A stretch of 64,000 nt of DNA from Dipteris shenzhenensis (Eukaryota). This document shows, in pieces, positions 37,832-48,782 of the stretch. The stretch lies in NCBI GenBank assembly GCA_047967505.1, contig CM106538.1. One strand, 5' to 3'. The notes below the pieces were generated by a model that saw only the letters and a list, made by a program, of their open reading frames with translations, made no database searches and was not told the origin of the DNA. Made by a program: the position numbers and the translations under genes. Each line of letters starts with the position of its first letter. Within the stretch, counting starts at the first letter, position 1.

Positions 37832-38843
37832 CCTCTTAACCCTCCCTGAGCTCCAGCCAAATATCTACTCCCTTCCTTATCTCTTTGCTCATGCCTCTCA
37901 CCACTTTCAATTCACCCAAAAGTCACAAACTTCCTAGCCCCTTACACCTAACTTCTTCCCTACCCTTGCTAATCCTACCCCCGAGGATTACCAAACTGCT
38001 CAATCCATTTGCCTATTTCTTCCCCCCCTCCCCTCAGATTCCCCTCCCATAAATAACACTCTTCCATATTACTCCCCCATGTCCCTATTTTCTCTCCATG
38101 CACCGCTGCCACCTCCGACACTATTTGTGCTGCCATCAGTAGAAATGGATCTAATCTTTGATTTTGAATATCAAGATCTAGATAATCTAAATTGCACTAC
38201 CATGCCAAATTGCAATGATGGGTATGATTTTGATGTAATACCACTTCCTAGTAACCCCATGAAGGATTTCTGGAACAAGTATCCAAATATGAAAACTCGA
38301 GGGGAATGGACCCTGAACAATTTTTCTACCAACCTTCATCAACACCAAATTATTGAAGCTTGGATCTGCAAGTTGGATCCCCAACTTGATTGGTACCACC
38401 CCAAGCTCTTTGATGTAAAATTCTTGAAGGAATACCTCCATGTACCTCCATGCCTCAGAACCCATCCCAAACTCTACGCAGTTCCATGACAGCATAGATG
38501 GGAGGCCAACATAGACACTTTGGATGAGGATTGCACCATTAATTGGCCAATGATCGAGCCATACTCTGGTATAGAATGGAACATCCAAGGCACACTGATC
38601 CAAGCACTTCAACAACATGAGACAATAATGCGAGGTAACTTTGACTGCATCCTCTGACAAAATGCTCTCTTTTGCAAAACCTTGGACTACATTTTGGAGG
38701 TCCCCAACCATATCGACCGCCATTTTCCTACACTCAATTTCAATCCCAGTGGACAGATCGATGCTTAGACTATAAGCAGACCATGCCCTAGTGCCACAAT
38801 AGAAGAGAAAGGGGTGTGTGTGTGTGTGTGTGTGGTGTGTCAT

Positions 38844-41800
38844 TGGGAGTGTGAGAGAGAGATCCCATGCTAGCCCTCGTGCTCCCACACTGCAGCTTCT
38901 TGTTTCTCCCTCAATTTTACGCCCTCAAGGTTTCATTTGACGCGCATTTTGTGTCCATATACTCTGTCGAAAAATTCGGGGGAAAAAAATTTTATACTGT
39001 CAAAAATCCATAGGATTTTGTTCGTACAGTCAGGAAAAATCTGTACAGTTTTGTTTGTACAGTCGGGAAAATCAGTACAGTTTTGCTGTCAGGAAATAAA
39101 AAATTCCTATTGTCAAAATCTTTAATTTTGTCCGTACAGCCAGGAAAAATCCGTACAATTTTGTACCTGATGTGCTTTCTTGCTTGTAAAGCGTTACTGC
39201 TTCCAAGCCTTTTCCTTAACTCGAATGGCGGATTATTCCTATGAGAAAACCTTTCACAAAGACAAGTCAGTTTCCAACAAGAAACAAAAATAGATGATGG
39301 ATTTAGATGATTCCCTTCATGACTCTACTGAGGCTCAGCTTGTTTATGAGGTTATGCATGAAGGGTTTGAAGACACCCACAAAGGTTGGAAAGATTCACT
39401 TCCCACCACTGGCATTATGGTGGAAGTGGATGATATATTTGATCCAGTTAAGGAGTATGCAAAGCATGCCATTATACTTTTCTTCCCCGGACGGATGCCT
39501 ACTGCAGCAGATGTTGGGAATTGGTTGACTCGAACCTTGGGTGGTTCTTATGTCAAAAAAGTTCATTATGCAGCGAGGGGCTTTTTGAGATCATCATGGC
39601 TGATGAGGAGCACCGTCAGGTTTTGTTGGAGCACTCTCCTCTCTTCTATGGCCAACAGATGGTCCATGTCCTGCCCTGGTCTCCCACTCGAGATTATCAG
39701 GCATTGATTCGGCATCGTTGCCCTGTTTGGGTAGAAGTTGTGGATTTTCCTCAATTCTTGTCTTCTCTTCTAACTAAAATTGCAGCTTTCCTCGGTAAGG
39801 TGGTATGTCCACTGGGACTACAAATCGAACCTTGTTTCCTGAAGAAGAAGTTGCTGCACTTTTGTCCTCTCCTCAGGCTGATGCTTCATCCCAGGGCAGA
39901 GGCCCGGACATTGAGGTGGAAATGCAAACATAGACAACCCGTTAATTGCTGTACATACCTGTCCCATAACTGTAAATATGCTTGATCATCTGAAGTGTGT
40001 TACTCTCAATGTACAGGGAATGTGTGATGGTCGCAAATGGAAACTGGTCTGGATGTATATCAGGCAATTGTAGCCTGATATAGTTGCTTTATAGAGCATA
40101 ATCAACATATGTATGCTGGCCAAATAGGGCATTTTGTTGTGTTATGATATCTTCTATGCTAGAGAGCAGTCCTTTTTTGGTGTGGCTTTTTTGGTAAAGC
40201 ACGACCTTCAACCTGTTGTGGCTCTCAATGATCACCATGGTAGATGGATTATTGTTCAATGCCTTGTTCAAGAGGAAATTTTTGAATTTGCATCAGTTTA
40301 TGCCCCCCAATCTTCGCGTGATAGAGCTTTGATATGGGCTGCCATGCATACTTATCCATGGCGACAACATGCCTTCATTTGTGGTGACTTTAATAATGCC
40401 CCTCAATCGGGTGACAACACCTCAAGCCACACTCATATGTTGGCTTCTGAAACACAGGCATGGTCTAATTTTTTGCTTTCAGCATAATCCTCAATCTTCT
40501 TATCAGGCATGCTTGGACAGATGGTATCAGATTGATCCACAGCATTGTAATGCCTTTACTTGTCAAATTTGGGTTGATCATGCTTTCACACATTCAGATC
40601 ATGCTCCTCTTTGGTTGAGGCTTTCGTTACATGAATTTTCCACTGACAGATTGCCTTACTGAAGGCTTTTGCTGATTAATAATAATTATCTGGAGCATGC
40701 TGGCTTTAAAGCCATGGTCTCTAATGCTATTCAGCCTCTTTCTTGTCAGATACGCATTGGTTTGGATTATGCCTGGCAAGCTTTTATGCTCGGATGCAAG
40801 AAATTATTCGAGATTATGGCAAATCCTATATGCAAGCCACAAGGGAGACTGTAGCACATGCCAAATTTACTTGTCAGAGTTTGACTAAGCTTACTCATCT
40901 TCGCCCTTTGTCTTCACAGCAAAGCATGCTCTTATGTCAGGCTCAATTCTCTCTTCAATCCAATGATTGCAAAAAGCTTGCTAAATGGGAAACTCGATCC
41001 AAACAATGGGCATTTTTGGATAAAGGCTGCTCTTTCAAGCAATTTTTAAAGAATTTACACTACAAAAGACAGGCTGCCAATATCTGTTGGATCCGAATGC
41101 CTGATGGTTCTTGGTCAACATCTCGTTCAGAGCTTGCTGATTTATGTGTGCAGCACTTCTCCACTCATTTTGCGCATCTGGATGCTCTTTCTCCTCGGGT
41201 CATGTCTGCACGTCAGCTTCTTTTACAGCATATTCATCCAATTCTGTCTGATGCTTAGGCTTTGTAAAATTAACATCCCTTCACTGAAAGGGAATTGTCT
41301 GATGCACTGAGATCCTATGGCAGATGGAAATCTCTAGGATGGGATGGTCACCATTGAATTTTTTCTTGCATTCTGGGATCTTATTAAATTCACCTTGCTA
41401 CAAATGGTAAATATAGCATGGCAAAATCAGCAGATGCCTGTGTCATGGAAAAAGGGTCTTCTCAAGGTGATTCCAAAAAAGCAGCTATGTGATTCACTTG
41501 GTGATTGGAGGCCAATCACGCTCATGCTAGTCATTTATAAGATCATTGCCAAGATGGTGGTTGATCAGATTAAAGGTTATTTGCATGATGGGTTGCATCC
41601 CTCCCAATATGGCTTTGTTCCACGTCACCATATCACAGATAACATTGCCAATGCTTATATTGGGATTGAATATGCCAAATACACACAACAGGATGTTCTA
41701 CTCTTGCAGGTAGATATTGCAAAAGCCTTTGACACAGTTCAATGGGATTTCATCTCGCAAACTATGCGAGCTTTGGGGTTTGGACAAAAAATGTAGCAGG

Positions 41801-43805
41801 TTATTTATTGGCTTTACAAAGATAGCAATGCGGCTTGCATTCTTTCTAGGGATATCTCTGATGAGTGGACTCTTCGTTGTTCGGTCCGCCAGGGATGCCC
41901 TCTCATCAGTGCTTTATTGTATGCCATTGCTACTCATCCTATGCTGCAATATACTGATCAGCTTGTGGCTACAGGATCACTTCATGGCTTGGAATTGGAT
42001 GCTAATCGCAACATGGTTGCTCAAGCTTATGCTGATGATTCTTTCTTTACCCCAAGGACTACGCCCCATGATCTTGGTGCCTTGATGCAAGCCCTCTCTG
42101 TTTACGGTTTGGCATCTAGTCTTCATGTTAATTTTTAGAAGTCTAAGCTGCTCCCTTTGCATTCCAAAGACTGGCATAGTCTATTATGGCTCGGGGATAT
42201 CATTCCACCCACTCAGTTCATTCGTCATCTTAGTTACCCTTTGGGGTGGGAACTCACTCGCTGACAACAAACTGATTGGATTTTGGCTAAGCTTCGAAAA
42301 AAGCTTGTATTGAAAACTGGCAACCTGGCCTTTGCACGTTCGTCTTCGAATCGTGCAATCCATCCTTGTGACATATATTCAATTTTACTTGCCATTGATC
42401 ATGTTCACTAAGGCAGATCTTACATCTTTCATGTCTGTCCTTACGAAAATCTTATGGCAATCCAAACATGGCAAAAAAAGTCTCAGGCTGCTTTCGATGC
42501 ATCACATTTGTTCTCCCAAGATGCATGGTGGATTGAACATCTCAAATATTCATGTGCATATTCTTGCCCACAGGGAAAAAATGTTGCTCTACAATTTCTG
42601 CAAGGTGATCAACCTCGGGCTCTTATGAACAGGACTCTAGTCACTCATATCAATATTTATGCCTTTGGTCATTAACAACTCGATCACTTGGATTTCTTTT
42701 TTGGCTGCACTAATGGCACTTTGCCTGACTGCCCTTTTGTCTCCCGCTTGCTTCTTGACTAAGCATGTTCTTTCTCATCTGGAATGGAATGGACGGCAAT
42801 CTTTGCTTGGGAATTCTTTAAGGGTTGAAAGCATTCACTGGTCGAAAGTATTTCAGCCTCCCTTGGCTTTATAAGAACCTCGACGTTCCTACTTTGTCTC
42901 GTTTAGAGACATCACCTCGATTGCTGATGTTATAGATGATGCTGGTACTGTGCTCTCCTTTTCTCTAGCAGTACTACATATGGATTGGGCTCTCATTATC
43001 GTCCTTTGTGGCGACAAATTACTTCTATGCTTTCGCATTTTGTTCCGATTCCTCCTTTGGAACTCTAGGACCGGCTAGAAGATTGAACTTTGACTTCTCC
43101 AGGGTCCTCTTCTCGTCCTTTGAGACAATCTCAGATTACTGTATTTGCATTATACAAAATCCTTTTGCCTCAACCTTGGGTTTCACAGAGAGATGATTCT
43201 GTTTGGCGAATGCATTGCCTAGCCAAGTGGTGGAGGAAAAGATTACAGCAACTTTGGACCTATAAAGTACCGCTTCAACAATAGTTTTCTTTTAGCGAGT
43301 TCTTTTGGGAGTGTTTCAATCTGGATAGCTATTAGCTCATCGACACATTGCTCCTGCACTTTGCCACAGATGTTCTGCTTCTTCAGAGACTGTCTCACTT
43401 GTTTTGGCATTGTCCGTGCTCTTATGAGTTTTTTTATCTGCTTCGACAGCGCCTGTGAGCGAGATTCCCATCTGTTCCATTTGGAAAGTTCTTCTGGCTA
43501 TTTGAGGTTCATCCATCCAGACCGGAGTTTCATCTTTTCTTCGTTTGGGTTCGCTGCTGGACACTATGGACTTTATGAACATATAGGAATTATAAAGTCT
43601 TTGGTGATCCTACTTTCTCTCTGTTTGGCTTTTTTAGGCGTTCTCTGCAACAATCTTTCTTTGATTGCTTACAGACCCGCTGCATAGATCATGAGGTCTT
43701 TTTGGCATATACTGAAATTTTCAATTGATGTAATTATAGCACCTTATTTTGAGGTTGCTACTCATATAATATAATCAATCAAAGATTTCACCCAAAAAAA
43801 AAAAA
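38844..43805 (+). mobile_element. Near full-length decayed L1 LINE inserted in a (GT)n tract
   Basis: ORF1 AIILFFPGRMP. Endonuclease KCVTLNVQG, FASVYAP, ICGDFNN, SDHAPL. RT WRPITLM, VDIAKAFD, AYADDS. Poly(A) 43794-43805. TSD-like flanks gtgtg(t)gtgtgtcat on both sides. Confidence 0.92.
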
Positions 43806-44795
43806 GTGTGTGTGTGTCATGCCTCTCTCTCTCTCTCTCTCCCACACAAACCTACAAACATACAGGGGTTTCTTACAATCTAAGACAATCATGAAGGAAA
43901 GAGAGAGTTAGATGGGAAGGAGGGAGAAGAGAGAGAGGGAGAGGATGATGGAGAGGTAGAGGGAGAGAGTAAAAGAAAGCAATTAGGAGGGTTGGAAAAT
44001 TTCCGACCCTCCATATCGCTTCCTTTTGTACACTATTGTGCACACGCACACACAGGGAAGGAAAAAGGAGAGAGAGAGAGAGAGAGAGAGAATAAATGAA
44101 GTAGTAGCATGTTTAGCAATTGACTTTATGATCTACAATGGGAGTCAGACTTGAGTGAATGCCAAAAGTAAAGCTCACCAGGTGGCACAAAGGTGGGAAA
44201 GTGGGGACTTTGTATAGCACTTGAGGGAGAATACAAGCCAAGGTACAAGCTTGGCAGTAGAAAGAAAGGGGTGAAATGGAGACGAAGGAAGGAGATGATG
44301 AAGAGATTGGACAAGGAGAAGGCAACAAGGTGGTGGAAGAGTAGTGCACACGAACAACAACTAAGTAGCTTTGGAGGGAAGTAGAAGTGAGCAAGGCAGC
44401 CAATCAAGTGGTGAACCATAACAGGCAAAGAAGATTGTCGTAGCAATGTGCAAGGAACGGAGGACGGAACTAGGCTGGCGGTGCAAAACGGCAAGGGGGG
44501 GAGGGGGATAGGGATTGGTTAGGCGGTGAGTAGATAGGGGAGAGATTAGGGGGGTGGGTTTGGGGGTTGGTTAGAGGGGATGCACGGTTAGGGGAGGAAA
44601 GATAGGGGGTTATGGGGTTTAATTAGGCGGAGGAAACAAATAATAATAATAATAATAAAATTATGGCAGTTATATTTTGAGAGATAGAGTTAATTATTAC
44701 CAGTGAAGGGGAATTTAAAAGCTTGTGTGTGTGTGTGTGTGCCTGCACGTGCACACATGCACATGCACATGCGCTTTGGAATATTTTGATAGCCT

Positions 44796-44982
44796 CTTTA
44801 CATTTAAAAAACTTGGTACAGCAAAATTTAGAATGCAATTCCATTGTAGAGACTAGTGTTAAAAGAGAGCTCAGATATTAAATTTTGTTCTTTACATTTA
44901 AAAAACTTGGTACACCAAAATTTAGAATGCAATTCCATTTTGTAGAGACTAATGTTAAAAGAGAGCTCAGATATTAAATTTT
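44796..44982. repeat. Tandem duplication, ~94-bp unit x2
   Basis: ctttacatttaaaaaacttggtaca...gagctcagatattaaattt occurs twice. Confidence 0.88.
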
Positions 44983-45445
44983 ATTGACAATGGAAATTCA
45001 TTTGTCTTAATTAGCTTTTAGACTTCCTTTGTAAAGTTACATGCAAGCTAAGCTGCTTGTTCGTAATTGAAATTGGAATCATTTCCTATTCCTGATGTTA
45101 CTGGAGGTGCCAACAACCACAGGCACCCTCTATTCATCCCAGCTGCATCAATAGCTTTGTAATTGCTATGGACGAGCAAGAGGACAGACAATGCAAGATT
45201 GAAAATCTCATTTTTTGGCTTTAATATTCCTGTATAATGACAACAGATGTACTGCAGACCATGTTGGAGCTTAAGTTAGGAAGCTATGGACCAAAGGCTC
45301 TGCATTCGCGGCCATTGAAGGGGCATTTCAATATTTCAAGATTTCCTGGATCTGCTACAGTAGTATGAGTCATGCGTGTGTTTTTTTGGGCTACTTTATT
45401 ACCCTTGTTAGTCAAAATAATCTGATGCTTGAGCTCGGAATCCAG

Positions 45446-45529
45446 TCACTGGAAAAAAAGTCTTGCAGCAGTGAGATTGTACTCAATAAGCTCAAGTTCA
45501 GTCAGACTGCTATTCAATCGTTTCACGAT
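45446..45529 (-). CDS. WASHC4: WASHC4 homolog terminal coding exon
   Basis: Boundary cag|ATC; 84 bp. Encodes IVKRLNSSLTELELIEYNLTAARLFFQ-stop, matching the family's ...ARIFF C-terminus. Confidence 0.88.
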   Translation of the reverse strand: MVKRLNSSLTELELIEYNLTAARLFFQ

Positions 45530-45619
45530 CTGCAACAGTTTCAGTTAAGCGTCATCAGCAAAACCAAGGCTCTGTATGCTATTAGACACTACTTTTAAGA
45601 ATTGAAGCAAAAGCCTCAC

Positions 45620-45811
45620 CAGCTGCATGCTCTGTGCTTCTTCCTCTGAAATAGATGCAAACTTTTGGCTCCATACTTGCAGCCCATTCATGCCACTCTC
45701 AATATTGTCCATATCAAGTCCATCTTGTACTCGATTTTTTTCATTCGCAATGTGTTTTCTTGCTGACTCAAACCAATGAAGTGAGTCGAATTGTTTGTCT
45801 TGATCAAGTAC
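45620..45811 (-). CDS. WASHC4: WASHC4 homolog exon
   Basis: 192 bp with AG/GT boundaries. Encodes VLDQDKQFDSLHWFES (conserved FDSLHWF motif). Confidence 0.92.
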
Positions 45812-46078
45812 CTGCAGTGGGTGCATAAAAGGGTTTGTTCAACTCTGGAATGAATAGAATACAATCAACAGACCTAACATAAATGCAGGAGAAAGCTGCA
45901 GGCCAGCACCTCCCTGATTGCAGAAGTAAAATGCACACAGAAAGCATAGTAGGACAAATCCTCTCTCCTATGTTTTTCTGATTTCAGCCCACTCTTCCAT
46001 ACTTCAGGCGCAAATTTGGTAAAGCATAGAAAACAATAGCTCCTGTGAGCAGGATGAATTGTGAGAGAAGATTCCTAC

Positions 46079-46261
46079 CTTGAGAATATATGCTATGCCA
46101 AGGACCAGACCATCATCAGTGAACAATCCACTTGAGCCATCACGACCTCTTTTGAAAAGTCTCTCTTTTGATTGTACCATAGTCTCTACAGCATTCAGGA
46201 TCAATGCTGGTAGTATCAGGTAAAACTCCTTCAGGTGTAGATTATCTACACTTTGCAGCTC
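46079..46261 (-). CDS. WASHC4: WASHC4 homolog exon
   Basis: 183 bp with AG/GT boundaries. Encodes ELQSVDNLHLKEFYLILPALILN...FTDDGLVLGIAYILK (conserved FTDDG motif). Confidence 0.92.
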
Positions 46262-46402
46262 CTGCAAAACCAAGATTTCCAAATTCATACATTGCCAGTG
46301 CCTCTTAGTTTTTTAAGAATGAATGGTGTTCCTCCGTATGCAAGCCTAGAAAGAACATCTATAGTTTGCTTGACTTATCTCATCAAATTTTTAAAACAAG
46401 AC

Positions 46403-46574
46403 CTGGCAAAATACTCCAGTGAGGATCTTGAAATAGTTAGTCTGTTCAATGGGCATTTCTTGTATCTTGAGAGTTCTGTCAAGTATTGCTCCTGCCCGCA
46501 CAGCTTCTGAATTCATTTTTAACATCCTTGCAGCCTCCTCAAAGCTGGCTTTTTTTTTCATATCCTGCACAAAT
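46403..46574 (-). CDS. WASHC4: WASHC4 homolog exon
   Basis: Boundaries aag|ATTTGTG...TGCCAG|gt; 172 bp. Encodes (G)FVQDMKKKASFEEAARMLKMNSEAVRAGAILDRTLKIQEMPIEQTNYFKILTGVFCQ and keeps frame with both neighbours. Confidence 0.85.
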
Positions 46575-46661
46575 CTTTGAAAGAAAGTGACAATGCATAA
46601 GCAAGCAAGAAAAGATCAGAAGACTTGGATACAAAATACCAGGAGTAGCGACTACTAGTAC

Positions 46662-46861
46662 CCAGATGCTGTACTAGAATGATGTAGACCCCCCATTCGC
46701 ACCATGCGGACGAAGCCAAGTGCATTCCCCATTTCTGCAATAAGCCGTCGGAACTGATCAAGAGAATTCATACCGTCATCTGTTAATCCCAGTTTCTTGA
46801 TGTCCCTGTTTAGTTTTTCTGCTCTCGCAAGAGGATACTCCTTATTTTTTTCATGACATTC
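46662..46861 (-). CDS. WASHC4: WASH complex subunit 4 (SWIP/KIAA1033) homolog, first exon visible in the window
   Basis: [60 protein letters not shown] resembles the WASHC4 C-terminal domain as I recall it (YPFDRAEKFNRGIRKLG...[25 protein letters not shown]). AG/GT boundaries; 200 bp, phase 0 to 2. Confidence 0.92.
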
Positions 46862-47427
46862 CTGTGCAAACATCTGAGTTAAGAAAGACTATTTGTTCAT
46901 CTTAAGTAGAACAACTGTATGAAACACTCGGCACTCACACTTAGACCATGGCTTTATCAAAGATATAAACCCACATACTGTGTTACAGGCAGGCACATTT
47001 TAGAATATTGCACGTGCAATTTCATGAAGGTAATAAATTTGCTGTATTACTTTCCTACACTCACGAAAATGGATATATTGCAGAACATACACTCTAGAAC
47101 CACAGAAGAGGAAGCAGTATGTTGCAACTAGCATTCCACACAACCACTGCAGAGGCCATGAAGGCTTCTGATCATTGTTTTTTTGCTTACACATCAACAA
47201 CAAGCTTCTCAACTGGTCAAGCTTCTCAACTGGTCAGGCCATATCCATTCAAACCACTCAATATGTGAGGAGACTCATAGCAAAGGAGCTGATTAATGCC
47301 TTATTCAAGTATAGTGACAAATAATCACATATGTCATTTTTTTAATGTTAAAAGAGAGAGAAATTTTATTTTTGAATTTTTTTAAAAATTGGGTTGGCTA
47401 TTTTTTGGGAGTTGGCTTCTCGTTTCT

Positions 47428-47465
<38 letters not shown>

Positions 47466-47467
47466 TG

Positions 47468-48305
47468 ATAGATCCATTTGGAGAACACTTTCAACTATGT
47501 TGCAGCCATTTGTTCCGGTTCCTCCACTGTTTGCACAGGACAGATTAATGGACTGGAATTTGACTTCCATACCTCCTGCTACACATACACTCTCGATACA
47601 CAATCTGACTTCCTCGAAGGTTTACAGATTTCTTCTTCCACAGCCATGGATTGACAAGCATGCCAACACTCTTTGGAATTTGGATAGGCCTTTATCTTGG
47701 TGGCAATCCCGTCTCATGAAAATCTGGAAAACCAAATTGCCATTGAAACAGAGGCTTTTCTTTTGGAGATGTATAGTGGGAGCCTTTTCCATTGGGGTGA
47801 AATTGGCAGCTCGCCGCATTGCTTCTCCTTTCTGCCCCCGGTGCTCTCATCCCCGCGAGACAGTTCCTCACTTATTATGGTTTTGCCCGCACTCTCGCAC
47901 ATTGATCACTCATGTTTCTCATTTACTGCGGCTTCGGTTCCCTTCTATCAGATTTGGGAAACTTTTCTGGATGTTTGGATGCTGCTCATCTCAGATGTCT
48001 CCATTACTCCTTTTCTTTCATTGGACTCGCTTTTGGGTATTATGGACCATCTGGACACAGAGACTGCATTCTAGGATGGGTCAACAGTTTCCTCAGGCAT
48101 ATATTTTCTTCAGAATGTCCCTTAAGCAGTCTTTACATGACAGTCTTGCTGCAAGGGATTTGGATGCTACTTGCCTTGAAGTGTTCTCTACTTGTTTTTG
48201 AGTTCTTCTATCGGGCTCTCTTTTGGAGTTCTATGCTAGTGTGTGGGAGACTTCCCATATTGTAAATTCATGAGCTTATAAATACAATGGATTTTACCAA
48301 AAAAA
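47468..48305 (+). mobile_element. 5'-truncated L1 in a (GT)n tract
   Basis: zf-RVT CPRCSHPRETVPHLLWFC and poly(A). The identical 17-mer gtgtgtgtatgtgtgtg at 47451-47467 and 48306-48322 is a TSD. Confidence 0.92.
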
Positions 48306-48366
48306 GTGTGTGTATGTGTGTGTGTGAATGTGTATGTGTATGTGTATGGTGTGTATACACACGGTT

Positions 48367-48398
<32 letters not shown>

Positions 48399-48404
48399 TG
48401 TGTG

Positions 48405-48750
48405 CATCACATATTTGGGAAACTTTTTTGGTTATTTGGCAGATTTAGGACGTCTTTATCTCAATACTCACTCTTTTTCTCATGGGTGAGATATTGGGCT
48501 CTTTGGACAATCTGGGAAGAGCATAATCTGGCATACTTGGGCCGTCAGTTTCAAAAGTCATATGAATCTTTTAGAGCCTCATTGCGGCAATCTTTATATG
48601 ATGCCTGCCATGAGGGTGATATACATGCATCTTGCATTGAGCTTTTCTTTTTATGCTTCTGATCTGTGGAATACTCTCCATCTTGGAGACTTTCCCTCTT
48701 GTAAAGTTATGACAATATAAATACACTACACTGGATTTTACCAAAAAAAA
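48405..48750 (+). mobile_element. Short 5'-truncated L1 in a GT/GA tract
   Basis: Closely similar to 53945-54286. Poly(A) ends at 48750. Both flanks read gtgtg(ag)ntgtgtg. Confidence 0.9.
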
Positions 48751-48782
48751 GTGTGAGAGAGTGTGTGTCAGAGAGAGAGAGT

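Noticed and set aside
38187-38888. 233-aa minus-strand ORF
   Set aside because: It starts inside an L1 5' end, crosses a microsatellite and has no recognisable domain. It is probably the antisense shadow of the + strand frame.
44500-44628. Interstitial telomere repeat
   Set aside because: Only scattered TTAGG(G) units; no tandem TTTAGGG array.
47000-47212. Minus-strand ORF as the next WASHC4 exon
   Set aside because: It does not resemble the expected upstream WASHC4 sequence; treated as intron.
47201-47236. 17-bp tandem duplication caagcttctcaactggt
   Set aside because: Ordinary slippage or repair duplication in an intron; no further structure.
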